A DNA stretch of 60,359 bases, the filler included, from Hausera hauseri (lineage: Eukaryota), in the NCBI GenBank assembly GCA_046269625.1. It is 11 parts of 11 records of this genome, joined end to end, with 100 filler letters (N's around TTAATTAATTAA, not from the genome) between each part and the next. Parts side by side here need not be neighbours in the genome. Positions count along the whole stretch, not along the records: positions 11,874 to 19,178 come from JBJURY010023564.1; positions 19,279 to 23,569 come from JBJURY010653552.1; positions 23,670 to 30,106 come from JBJURY010101210.1; 8 more parts are not named here. One strand, 5' to 3'. Made by a program: the position numbers and the translations under genes. This document shows positions 12,628 to 25,427 of the stretch, in pieces (position 1 is the stretch's first letter; the number at the start of each line of letters is the position of its first letter). The notes beneath the pieces are model-generated. The model was not told where the DNA came from. It did no database searches and was given only the letters and a program-made list of their open reading frames with translations.

Positions 12628-15600
12628 TCGCCCCCGTGGCAAAGGTTAAAACTATAAAGAGTAAAATAGACGGAAAGAAAAAATTGCCAAACGAAAAAGT
12701 ATCTGTGTCAGTTGGTCTTAGTGTAAACAAGACGTTGGGTGCCTCCTACTGATTTTTTCCTGCTATACATGCTGAATGTAACTTTGCTTGTTTTGTCTGT
12801 ATGCGATGTGTTTGCTGGGAAATAATTGTCAGATTTTGTTGTCAGTGTTGTGTCGTTCAAAGTCCAGTCAGAATGAAAAGAAGAAGAAGATAAGGGACGA
12901 AGAGAGATTGTTGGAAATGGACGGTTGGAGGTATTCAAAAGAGTGTTAGAAGATAAAGGACTGACAAAAGGTAGAGTGGCGGATGAAGGAGAAGAGACGA
13001 AAATTGGGGTAGAAATTGGAATTGTGTTAGGCGAAATAGTAAAAGTAGAAAATGAAATAGTGGTAGTGGTAGAGATAGGAAGGGCGATAGAACTAGAACT
13101 GGAAGGTGTAGAAAATGATAAAGGAAAACTATGAGCAGAAATGCAAGGTGGAACAAGTTTATCAATAGATATAGAAACAGCAGGAAGTGTAAGAGTGAAA
13201 AAAGAGGTTAACGTGTCAATTGGAGAAGTTTTGTCGACAAAGAAGGCGGGCTTTAAGTTTGTAATATGCACTCTAAGTTCTTTGCCGTCTTTAGAAATAA
13301 TAGCGTTGTGCGAATGCAGCTCTACCAGTTTATAGGGCCCCAGATACTGCGGCTGGAAACCGCACGGCGTTTGATTTTTTAGCCATACGAATTTTGCCGA
13401 ATACAAGTCTTCGGGTAAATATGTTTTGTCTTTATGAAGTAATCTGCAGAGCGAATCTTTGGTGAACGTAACGAAGTGATTTTGCGCCGCCTGTATAGTT
13501 TCATCTGTAGGAGTGTCGTCTAGAGCAGTTAGTTCGAATAGTGATCGTACAGGAGCTCCGAATAAGGCTTCAGTAGGTAAGCATCCCGTAGAAGAGGACG
13601 GAGCGTTCCGCCAGCTAAGCAGAACGAACGGAAGAAGATTTGTCCTACTACTGTTTGACTTTGCGAGAATTCTTAGTGACGTTTTCAATGTGCGGTGGAA
13701 ACGTTTTAGAAGGCCGCTCGATTGGGGTAATAAGGCGTAGTATGAATGTGGTGGATCTCCAGTCGCTTAACAAGGAATTTGAACAGGTTGAATTCAAACT
13801 GTGTACCCTTGTCCGTGATGATGAAGCGAGGTGATCCAAACCTGCTAATCCATGTACGAATTAAAACGTCAGTTATAGTGTCAGTTTTGTGCTCCGCAGA
13901 GGTATAGCTTCTGGCCATAGCGAGGAACGGTCCATCATGGTGAGAGTGAATTGATGACCGTTGTCTGGAGGAAGAGGGCCTAGGATGTCGATATGCACAA
14001 ATTCAAAACGCAATGTGTAGAGAAAATGGAACCGTGGTGGCTTTAAATGCTTAGTTGTTTTGTATTTTTGGCAAACCATACACTCCTTAACCCATACCTG
14101 CACATTGGAACGTATTGACGGCCAAATTACTTGTCTACGGAGTAAACGAAAAGTGGCTTTAGTATCGGTTGGTGTAGAGACTGTACACTGTTAAACGCTT
14201 GCCTTTGCAAAGGTGATGCAAGAATTATTACGGAGTGTCCTGTTTTGAAGTATTTAAAGCCATGCCGTCAACGATTGTGCAAGACTTGAAGGAATTAAGC
14301 ATCTCCTGAGGTGGCTGGTTCTGTTGAAGTTGAGCTTGCGTAAAAATGGGTGAAAAATTAATCGAACTAACCGACCTAGATAAAAAGTCGGCAACTAAAT
14401 TATTAACCCCGTTAATGTGTTTTGTGTCGAAGTTAAATGTCGAAAAGTATGATATCTGTCGTTCTCGGCGTGTGGAAGGATATTTCATAGTCATGATCTT
14501 AAGTAAGGGTTTGTGATCGGTCTGTATGGTAAAATGGCGAGAGACAAGTAGGTGGGAGAAATGCTTTAAAACAAGAAAGATGGCCATTAATTCTCAATAA
14601 AACATTGAATATCTAGTTTCAGGGAATGTTAGCTTACGAGAGAAAAATTCTAGCGGTTGATTTCTTCCTTTGTAGATTTGGTGGAGTACAGCACCTACTG
14701 CAGTGGCTGAAGCGTTTGTAGTATGAAAGAGTTCCGCATCAGGCTTGGGGAAAGCGAGAATGTCGACGGTCTTAATTTCTTCGCGTAGCTTATCAAACTT
14801 GTCAACCAATTCAGGTGTCCACTAGATTGGCTGGTGTTTTTTGACGCAGCTTAAGTGTGCAAATGTGGCTGTTCATTCAGAGCAATATAGTACATATTTA
14901 TCTACAAAGTGTAGTGTACCAATGAAGCTGCGCATTTCGGTCGTCGTACGTGGTAATGGGGTATTCTTAAGTGTTTCAACTCGGTCTGGTTGAGGACAGT
15001 GACCGTCGGGTGAAATAACGTGGGCTAAAAAGTTGATGCGCTTTTTGAAGAAATGGCATTTGTCGAAATTGACTTGGAAATTATGATGGTTAAGGCGTCG
15101 GAATATTGAGCGAAGGTGTTCCTCGTGTTGTTTGGCCGAAGAGAAAACGATCAGAATATCATCAATGTAAGGGTGCGCAAACGGAAAATCTGAAGGAATT
15201 GAGTCAGTATGTCGCTGAAAAGTCCGTGAGACATTTCGCAAACCGAATGGCATAAACAGGTACTCGTAGAGGCCAAAAGGAGTAGTGACAGCAGTTTTTT
15301 CTGCCTTTGGGTGCCACCGGTATTTGGTGATATGCTTCGGCTAAATCGATAATCGAATAAATGGTAGTTGAATTAAGGCGATGCAGGATGTACTTGATGA
15401 GTGGCAAGGGGTACGCATCTATAATTGTCACGTTGTTCAACTGTCTGTAATCACCGCATAGTCTAAAAGTACCGTCCTTTTTTGTACGACATGCAAAGGT
15501 GACGACCAAGGCACTTTGGAAAACGTACAATGCTGGAGCGTTCTAGTTCAAGAAATTCGGCTTCTACGGCCTGTCTACTACGATGTTACAGTGGTCGTAC

Positions 15601-17900
15601 TTTTTGGCGTATTTGTCGTTAATGCTGTGTAATTATGTGATGTACAGTGCTGTTTACATGAGTAGACGTACGATCTTTTTTGAGTATTCGTTGACATGAT
15701 GTATTGACGAATTGCTGTAAAGTTGTAGGTAGTTGTGAGAGATTTGGTGACGATGTTGAAACAGCTTGAGTAGTAGCGAATGCAATTTGTGAACTGTTTG
15801 TTGATGTAAAGTCAGTGGGTATTTGATGTAAGATGGTCGAATTGAAAATGGTGTTGGATGAAGTGATTTCGTCTAGTGAATTAACGTAGGTGACAGTACC
15901 ACAATTAACGACATCAAAACTCTACTGAATGTCAATATTATGACTTAAAAATTGAATTATTGTTATGGAAATTCGAATTATTTATTGATTTTCTCAAAAC
16001 GGACCTCCGCGTCCCGATCGACTGTGCGGTAGTCGAAATGCTATTTACGTGCTCACTAATGCTGCCAGTGATGCCGCTTCTCAGACATCGTTGACTGCAG
16101 TCAACCAATAAATTATAATGCGATAGAAAAGCGGACCCTAAAATTGCCGTCTGGACTTTAGCAACTCTAAACGTCCAATGGAAAGGTGAAGAAAATTTGT
16201 AAGATAAAATATAGTTTAGCAATGCCAGAAATGTGCAGCGGTTGACCTGAAGCCGTGTATAAAGGCTTAATTCTGAATGGTAAAATTTGTACAGAAAAAG
16301 TTTGTGGTAATAAAGAAATTGCTGCACGTGTATCAATGAGGAAATCAACGGATTGCGTTGTAGGAGCGGTGATTGCAGCCTTTAGAGTAAAGACAGCAAA
16401 AGAGGTTTATCGGCATTCAGAAGATGTAGTAGTGTGTTTGCCAGAGTTTGCCGTGACTTCTGGCGGCAAATTTAGTTTTTTTAAAAAGGCGAACTAAGAC
16501 GATTATTAGAAGAAAATGTAGCACATCCGTCGTTCGTATTTGTTTTAAAAGTGCAGCCTGAAATGCATTTACAAGCTTGGTTTTTAAACCTTGCGTGGTA
16601 GATGCAAACAACGGTGTCTGAAGTAAAACTTTTTTTATAAAATTTTCACTCTAGGTAGCATTTTTGAGCACTTTTATTGAATCTACTGTGATAATAGAAG
16701 ATAGATCACCGCGCGGGCGATGGTGACCGTTTTATAGATGCAGAATGGGCGCGGTCAGCGACAAAATCCCTTCGGCGCGACAGGGAAAGTTCATTTAATT
16801 TGTTGTTGATATTGTTAAATGTTGCGTGTAGTGCTGTGTTTTCGGCACGTAACTGATATAGTTGTTCTCTATTGATGTGTTTTTGTTTTGGATACCGGTA
16901 GCGGCAACCTCCGCCGCAACTATTGGTGAGGAGTTTAAATGTAGAACGTCGTGTGTTTTATCGGCTAATTCGGCCCATTTCTCAAGAGTCGTGGAGTCCT
17001 CCACTACGGTAAGTAGATCCAGAATTTGGATTCGTAACGTATTGACGAAGTAGTGGTGCAGCAATTCCGTATTGTGTTCTTTAGTGACGCCGCGAGTGTG
17101 TAGATGGGCTAAAAAAGTGCGTAAAATGTCTGATGGTTGTTGTGTGCCTATAGCATTGTTGTAGAAGAAGCGTAGTATGATCGTGTCCATTGAGGGTTCT
17201 GTAATCTTCAGAACAGCGTTGAAAAGTTGTGAATATGGACCAGGGAATTCAAAGATTTTGATGATGTTGTGAATTCGTGTTTTGATATTGTTAGGGAGTA
17301 AGAAGAGGAGGTTGTGTGCTTTATTTAAAGAATCGGTAATATTGTTTGCTTGTAGCCACAATTGGTGGAATTGCAACCAAATTTTGCTGGGGCCTTGGTT
17401 GTCGATAAAGAATTCAAAGCAGTGAGGGAAAGGAGCGGAGGAGGTACCAGGTGAAGGGTTATTACCATAAGTAGGAGTGGGTTTTTGAAACAATATAACA
17501 GATTTTGGTTTCCTGGTGGTTTTATCCGTGGTGTGTATGGTTTGCGATGCGTTCATGCCACTACGGATGCGGAAGTGTATATGAAGGTGTATATAAGTAG
17601 AAGAAAATCGTAGGATTTTGGCGATAGTTACTGTAGAGTTATTGTACATGATATAAAAGTTTGATGAGTGAAGAAAAGTGGCGATGGAGTTGTAGAAATG
17701 TGTAATGTTTGCTTGTGTTAATGCAATTGTGTAAATATTTTTGTTGTTTAAAAAAGAGAAAAAATAATGTGAACGTATAGCCAAGGATATGTCGTGGGGT
17801 GCCAGCGAAAGGTGCCGTCCGACCCAATGGCATAGGTTGGGTGACAGGGCTTCAGCCCCGCCGCTGCGAATCCCAAACATAGGGTAACCGAGTTCCCTGC
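12628..17900 (-). mobile_element. Ty3/Gypsy retrotransposon copy 2 (same family), near full internal region, decayed
   Basis: gag 16795-17880, PR (FLIDTRAA, ILGSAFL), RT (RLCGDYRQLN, YIDDIL), RH (TDHKPL, NLVADFLSR), IN (HIDILGPLP, TDKGTQFE), GPY motif (YLGPYK) and a long Ser/Thr/Pro tail ending at 12708. Confidence 0.95.
16470..17880 (-). pseudogene. gag: Ubl-like domain plus gag of Gypsy copy 2
   Basis: The 361-aa ORF contains FLNNKNIYT...SNFYIMYN...HLHIHFRIRSG|MNAS, then the Gag core. Two CHCC-like knuckles at ~16545-16705. Ends AAAAAAC-TAA at ~16472-16481. Confidence 0.82.
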
Positions 17901-18124
17901 ATCAAGATTCGTCGTACCTATAATTCTGATTGTAGATATTTTCGATGCAATTTGTAGGATCTGAATTTTAGTGTGGTCATTGGTGACACTTTCAAACGGT
18001 AACCCGCAACAATGTAACTTATAGCCATTAGGGGTAACTGAATTTGGTTATTTACTTCAACTTCGACTTTGTTGAGAATGAATTGAATAGATCGTATAGA
18101 CCTAACGCCCATAGGGAGAACACC

Positions 18125-18420
18125 GCGACTGCCCCCAGTGCGTCGACACGCTGCATGTTTTGGTCATGAACCATCCATTTATATTTATTGCTGCCTGGAA
18201 ATTCAGGGATCGATGCCATGTCGGAGTATCGTGGCAAAACGAGACGATGGAATAACCTGTAGTGGTGAAAATATAATCACATCATGTGTTCGGGTTTCAA
18301 TCGAGAGGTGCTTAAGGGCGTCAACTATTACGTTACAATTTACAATATGACCGGTAGCAGTGCTTTTGGTGTAACTTGTAGCTGTTGCACGATGAATTGA
18401 TTGCCATACAGAAATAGGGA
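18125..18420 (-). mobile_element. Highly degraded remnant of another LTR element (RNase H-like scraps and purine tract)
   Basis: Minus-strand scraps FLYGNQFIV and NVIVDAL, followed by CTGGGGGCAG. Confidence 0.3.
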
Positions 18421-19278
18421 CACCCTCATAAGAACATTTTGCGTCCGAAAATAGCAGTGATATTGTTGCCCCTTAAGTGGTGCTTGAAGACCATACATGA
18501 AAAATGAGAAATGAGCCTCGTATCGTATAATTTATGGGTGTAAAAGTACTGCTGGGTAAAAGAATCTTTGAATCATTTAATTTAAATTCAGTTCCTTTTG
18601 TTACGTGTACATGAGAATAAAATTTCAATAGGGCTTATGATAAAATTTATGAAATGAATGAAAATAAATACTTTTGTTGCATTATAAACAATTAGGAATA
18701 TTACTGTGCTCCGCTCTACACGGCCCATCTCGGTACGCTGCAGGCAAATGTCCATGATGGTTGCGTCTGGCTGCCGGAGGATTGCGGAATGTGTAATCTG
18801 ACACCATTTTTTAGCTGTTATAATTGAACAACTAAAATCAGGATACTGTCTTGTTAGTTTTTTAATAAAAACCAAATCGAGTACGCATAATGTATCCCCG
18901 ATTAAACTTGCCCCAGACAATTTTTTTTCTGGTTTTAAATTCGATGACTAAATATAGTTGATCAAATTGAATCGAACAATCGAATAAATAATCTGCAATT
19001 TAGCTCACTGTGTAGATTGATACATAATAAATCCGTTGAATGCATAGAACACCAGGAATAATCATAATACGATCCCATAAAAAAACTTTAAATCCGCTAA
19101 TATACGAACACATTGAATATTTAAGAAATAAATTGAGATTGAAAACAAATTCGTCAAAATGTAGAAATCCAATTTTAANNNNNNNNNNNNNNNNNNNNNN
19201 NNNNNNNNNNNNNNNNNNNNNNTTAATTAATTAANNNNNNNNNNNNNNNNNNNNNNNNNNNNNNNNNNNNNNNNNNNN

Positions 19279-20780
19279 TTGACATCAGTCTACTTCCATT
19301 TAATTCCTTTTTTAAGTAAGCGATACAAAGGCGCATTTATTTTTGAATTATCTGGTACATAAGTGGCATAATACCCACATAAGCCTAACCAATATCTTAA
19401 CTTTTTGTGATTCTGAGGTGCCATACAATCTGATATCTTACTTATCAATGATTTATCAGGTTTTGATCGTCCTTCTCCAACTACATGTTCGAGATAAGAT
19501 ACAGCATTTTGAGCGCATTTACATTTCTTGGGATTTAATTTCAATCAGGCTTGTTCTACTCTCATGAGCTTGTCCCCAATATCTTTTAAATGTTCTTCGT
19601 CCGTTTTCGATGCAATCATTCCGTCGTCCAGGTACGCAAATACGTGTTCCAGTCCTATCAGCATCTTGCTCATCATTCGAGTAAAATGGCGGGTCCGGTA
19701 GTTATCCCAAATGGCATGATGTTAAATTAATATACACCGTCGCGCGTTTTAAATGCGCTTTTATAACGATCTTCTTCCTCTATTTCTACTTGATAATACC
19801 CAGACTGCAGATCTAGCGTGGTAAACCACTTAACGTCGGAAAGCCTATCTAAAGCGTCTTTTACTGATGGTAATGGGAAGGAATCTTTCATCATAAGTGT
19901 GTTTAACGCTCGATAATCGATACAAAACCGGTGCTTTGTAGTACCTTTCTTCTTAACCATGCGTACAGGCGAGTACCAAGATCTATAGTTTGGCCTAATT
20001 GTGTCGGCCTTTAGCATTCGTTCGACTTCCTTTGTTATCTGAGGTCTTAATGAGTGCGGAGAAGAATACAATTTCGGTATCTTTTGATCCTCTAAATGTA
20101 TTTCATCATTAGGGCCAGGCTTTTTCTTAAGTGGAATTGTTAGTCTCAAGGCTTTGGCTTTGCCAATGTCTTCCTCATATCTAGCGATGACCGAGGTATA
20201 ACGACAAAGTAATTCATAAAATCGACAGTATGATTCCCGCGTGAATTTAGTTTTGACATGAGGTTGGAATTCGGCACATTTGTAGGATTTTTCGTTAATA
20301 GTTATCTATGATACTCTATACGTATGACTCAAAGTGGTATTGGCGTACAGTTTGATCGGAGTTGGTGCATTATTAGCTATTCTGATTGGCACACGACCCG
20401 TTGATACTCTTAATAATACATTACTGAGCACAATGCATGGGTTTAATGATTCCTTTGGCTCAAAATATACTGGTTGGTCGTCATCTTGACGGATCTGAGC
20501 ACATATTGACATCTTGATTTTAGGAGGAATGTTCTCGTCCACTGGAATCTATACTTCTTCAAACAGCCTATCTTTGATGGTTTTAACCCCTTTATCTGGC
20601 CGAGGTCTATTAATTTCCCTGCATGAAAGTCTATTGCTACATTAGGTAATTGTCTCAACATATCGCATCCTAATACTACATCATCCGTTGGCTGTTCCAT
20701 TACCGAGAATTCATGGTGGAAGTATTGTCTCATTATGCGAATTTCTGGCTGTATCGGAATTTGCTTTTCGCTGACTGTTC
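19279..20780 (-). pseudogene. pol: Gypsy pol fragment of a different family (partial protease, linker, RT)
   Basis: HEFSVMEQPTDDVVLGCDML (retropepsin C-half), SWYSPVRMVKKK, RFCIDYRALN, FTTLDLQSGYYQV, MPFG, FAYLDDG (~19623-19640), KLNPKKC and LGLCGYY. Cut by the contig end. Confidence 0.93.
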
Positions 20781-21110
20781 AAAAGCTCCAATGCTGTCTG
20801 GATCTGTTGTTGAAGCTGGATATAATTGATTTTGTAGGAACTGCGGTACTGAGTCGTGCTTTATCAGTAATATCTCGGATCATGTGTCTATCAAGGCGTA
20901 GACTTCCCAATATTCTAACTAAATTTTCGCGAATGGTTTACCTTCGTACCATAGTAATTTGGTCCTATTTTTGGATGTTGAACCTTTGACGTCTTATAGC
21001 CGTTAAGTTTAACTTCAGTGGCTGCAATCAGCTGGTCGATTAACTGTCTTAGCTCTGCATTTTGGTACAGTTCATTGTTCATGCAATTCACGTTTTCCGT
21101 TTCCTGACTT

Positions 21111-23569
21111 CTAACTTTCTTGGTTTATAAAATTCTGCATCTCAAGGTCTCTTGAGAATGTTGATGGCATTTCATTTGTTCTAGGTATTCTAGGTGAATA
21201 AAGTATTCCATGGTCGTTGATTGCTGAAGGACGATATGGAGCAGATATTCTTTTCGTTTCGTGTACCTTACGTAATATACCGTAGTGTTTTGTTCCTTCA
21301 TAAGGATCTTCAAGGCTGAACGGTTTTCTATAGATATCTGTTTGATTTGAGCTCATAGATTGTTTCTCACAGTCTTCATATATAGCTGCAGTTGGCGGTA
21401 ATATTGGTAATGGTGGTTTTACGACGGAATAATTTTTGTGTCTATTTATCTTGAAGACGGAGTCGCCTCCCTTAGGCTCGTTATCGTCAGAATTATCTTT
21501 TCGTGTCCTGACATTTACTATTTTGCGTTTGTAACTAAATATCTGTCTCCTTTTGCGTTTTCGATTATGATAGCCAACATGTCGTTCCACATCCGCTTTC
21601 CATCTATTTTCTCCGTAAGCCTTTAGGAATTTACCGAAAGGTTTGATAATATCCGTTAAAATTTTACATGAGAATCCTGTTAGGGTGAAAATCTCATATC
21701 CATTTATGACCGCTTGAATTATCGCTTTAACCAGTTGAATTAAGAAATAAATTGTTAGGAATCCTGATGCGGTTTGTCCGAATATCAGAAATCTTCCCCA
21801 AATTTTATACAATATTTCAGTAGTCACCTTTTGATAGTAGTGAACACCACTAACGATTCCCATTTCGCCTGGTAACGCGAATCCTCTAGTATCATGCATG
21901 CGCTGGCGTGGAAAAGCGAGAAATTGTCTGAATGCTTCCACTTCTTTTGGTCGGTATATACCTTTTGCTGCAATATCTTGAAACTTATCATTAGTTATTC
22001 CTTTTATTAAATTTGTTCCCGTTAACTTGATGGGCGGCGTAATTATACCACCGTTTGGTAAACTTACGCAATTGGTTTCGCTACGTCTAAACATTGGTTC
22101 TCCTAGACTGGTCTTACAATCTTTTAGAATCATTGGTTGGGTGGAATTTGACAGTAATACTGTAGTAACTGACGTTACTAATCTCGGCATGTCCTGATAT
22201 ATTACTGGAAGTTCTTGTATGCATCTCTTCTCTTCCATATTAATGGGTACATCCATTTTCTCGCATTCGTAAATCAGTAGGACGTCTCCGGTCACTCGAA
22301 CAAAAACGCATTCTTTCATCGGAATTATTGTGATTCTAGCTCGGGATTGGCGTATATTAAAGCCAGTTTGATTCTCATGATTTCTAAGTCTAATTTGCCG
22401 TCATTCGTTATCATTTTGTAGTATATCTCAGCTATCCCGGCCTGTCCTTTATAGTAGAAATAGCCGTCTTTATTTCTCAAATAATCCTCAATTCGAATAT
22501 CTTGAGTCTCAAGCTTGAACGTTTTGGCACTTTTCTCAGTCTCAGCAACTAAGAACGCTTCATAATTAGTGGTATACATTCTATATCGCATATTGTGAGT
22601 ACATCTTTCTTCACACATTTGAATCCATGAGTATCGGTGATTAATATGGTAGGTGTGGGCTGTTAAGCTACATATTCTCACGTTTTCAAGTTAGTATCCG
22701 TACTACTTACATAGCGCTTTCCTACTGTTTCATTAAATTTAAGTTCTTTAATTTTAATAAAATTCCAATCGGTCTTGGCTGGACATTCCCAAATTAATAC
22801 TAAACTTCTAAAAGCACAAGTGCCGTCTTGAATCTGGCACCTTTGGTTTTCCGTATAGAACTTATTAACTCTACGAAACATCACTTTTTGTGTGCGCATC
22901 TCGGTTTCATAGAAATCCACAACCACTATGTTTGGTTCTAATCTTTTTCCAGTATCGTATTCTGTACCGTTACAGTGCCCGGTATGCATATCTAGTCTTC
23001 CTGCTGCAACTTTATATACTCTGATTATTTTTCCTTGCTGCATTTCTAGTTCCATGCCGTCCCATTTCGGCCTGCCTATCTCTCTAGATTGCTTACAATG
23101 CTGGCGTTCTAAGTTCATTGGAATTGGTGGGGTCGTTGGCTTGATTATGGATGAATGTCCGTAATTAGTCCACAATAGAAGATACTGCAAGATTGTCGAA
23201 ACATGCATTCTATTCCATCTAATGAGACTAATTCTCGTTGTTGATACAGTATGTATCTTTTCCCTTTTGTTTCTAATTTATGTGCTCTTGCATCTTCGCA
23301 CATTTCTAAATCCATCAATGAATATTTTTGGCCAAGTTTGAATTTGTCGCAGTCATATATTGTAACTTCTCCCATTTGTCTTATTAACATCATCACGGTC
23401 AGGAAATTAATTAGCCAGTTTGATTCGTTTTCCCGATCATTCCCAGTTAAGTTTTGTAACGTCTTCGATTCTACTATTACTATTGCTATAGGAGGACCTA
23501 TTTTGATGTTCGTCTTCTTTTTTCGAATAATTTGGACCAGTTTACTTCTCGAGGAAATTTTCTGGCGGC
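21111..23569 (-). pseudogene. env: Envelope-like glycoprotein of chuvirus-like/retrotransposon class III fusion type, about three frameshifts
   Basis: Hydrophobic signal-like segment, then IYDC...YSL.D...C, ECMFRQSCSIFYCG/GHSSI, GHCNG, C...DGTC, TGDVLLIYEC...CIQELPV and a TM region WGRFLIFGQTASGFLTIYFLIQLVKAII...NGY. This matches the Cys and motif layout of chuvirus-related glycoproteins. ORFs 23145-23396, 22678-23208, 22325-22681 and 21111-22319. Confidence 0.8.
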
Positions 23570-23787
23570 NNNNNNNNNNNNNNNNNNNNNNNNNNNNNNN
23601 NNNNNNNNNNNNNTTAATTAATTAANNNNNNNNNNNNNNNNNNNNNNNNNNNNNNNNNNNNNNNNNNNNATTACCACCTCCTCTGGGGTGGGGTGGAAAC
23701 ACCATTCCCCCCCCCCCCCCCAATCACTTACTAACATTACATATAGAAAAGGTCAGTATCACACATTTAGTTTTCATCTTTTGTCAC

Positions 23788-24702
23788 ATGTTGAAACGTA
23801 TCACGCTGGAAAACTGTCCAGAACTGCAAACGACTGTTATAAATTCGGGAACAGCTCCAACATCGGATTCTATGCCAAATTTGAGACGTATCAGAATAAT
23901 GCGCTGTCCGAAATTTGCCATCTGTAACTTTCTGTATCATGTCACACAGTTTTATCCGCAACGCGATGACAATCTTTATTTTACTTTCAGACCCTCTGGT
24001 GAATACACTTCTCGTTGTAAAAGCACTTTAAATCAATTCAGACAGTCAACAGGTAATGGTATCTCATGAATATCGGCAGGCATCATCCGGAAGAAACCTT
24101 AAAGAACTTTGTAGTAGTTTCGACCAGTTATTCGGAGAAATGCTAAATTTCTCCGAATTACTCATAGACCGAGGTATTTCGACAGTTAGCGACTTATCGC
24201 ATCTCAATAGTTTTACCAACGGATCTTTCGTGAAATCAGCACATGGTACCGATTGGGACCCCTTGACAGATATTCCCTTGGTCAGTGAGGCTGACCAGCT
24301 GTACGAAATGTTGTCTGAAATTCAATCACACATCGGGCACATGAAACTCGTCGTCGGGGAATTCATTTTCACGTACAATTCAGAGACGCTCACAAGCCGT
24401 CGATGAATGACACGCATAGTCCGATAAACGAAATAATCCCCAGTGAACCTGATTTCCCTTACCTGCCTTTCTATTATACTGATTCCTACATTAAATCAAC
24501 ACACTCCAGCACGGATTTTAATGCAAATTTTTGCAAACCAAATATTTCACATGTCTACCCAGAGCTTAATCAAGATCTTTGCGAATCCTTTGACCTTTTC
24601 AACAACTTTCATACATCCCAGGACACTTCTTGTCCGCTGTTACACTTGAGAAATCTGTTAAACGATAACCTGGATGAAGATTTAAAACTTCTGCTTGTAT
24701 GA
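23788..24702 (+). pseudogene. Fragments of an unidentified host gene with LRR-like repeats
   Basis: LKRITLENCPEL and LRRIRIMRCPKF resemble Cys-containing LRRs. Short consecutive ORFs. Confidence 0.35.
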
Positions 24703-25427
24703 ATGACGGGTGAAATTTTTGTATATGGTCCTACTTTTGCTCTTGGTTACTCCAAAAGGCCTGATTTAAATAAAAATCGGCTCCTGCCACACAGTCAAGA
24801 CATACTAGGGGACACAAAAGCTACAAATCAAGTGTATCGTACAGGAGACCGGGGCTACCTGCTATCGGATGGTAGTCTAGAAATCTGTGGTCGATGCAAG
24901 GCAATGGTCAAAATCAGAGGCTACTCTGTTGAAATGGCCGCTATTGAAAACACTTATCGGGATGAAAAACGCCCAAACTACTGTTGTTATTGAATGTGAA
25001 TAAGAAGGAGACGATAAATATCTTGTTGCCTACATTGTCCTGAACGAACCAACACCCGCTAAACAAATCAGAGGTGTTCTGAAACGCCGACTGCCATTTT
25101 ATATAATACCATCATTCCTTGTAATCCTCAAAGAATTACTAATTCTTCCTGCGTCGGGTAAATTGAACAAAAGAGCACTTCCTCCATTGAAAAAAGGCTT
25201 ACATCTGTGTCAGCCTGGTTCTCACCCAGAAACTGAGACAGAGCAACAACTGTCGGAAACCCGGAGTAATGTTCCACAAATGAATAACATCGATGTTCAG
25301 GAAAGTTTCTTCGACCTTAGAGAACACTTATTGTTGGCGGCAAAATTATCGCATATCATAAATGAAAAATTCGACATTAAATTGAGTGTTAACGATTTGT
25401 ATAACCATTCAACATTGAGTGCCATGG
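24703..25427 (+). pseudogene. NRPS-like adenylation domain C-half plus carrier (thiolation) domain, decayed
   Basis: A6 GEIFVYGP..ALGY, A7 YRTGDRG, A8 GRC...VKIRGYSVE, YLVAYIV, LPFYIIP, A10 SGKLNKRALP, then T-domain SFFDLREHLLLA. The canonical FFxLGGHSLL has lost its Ser. Confidence 0.88.

Noticed and set aside
24703-25427. Bacterial NRPS biosynthetic cluster
   Set aside because: It is a single decayed A-T fragment in a eukaryotic retrotransposon context, with no condensation domain or operon.
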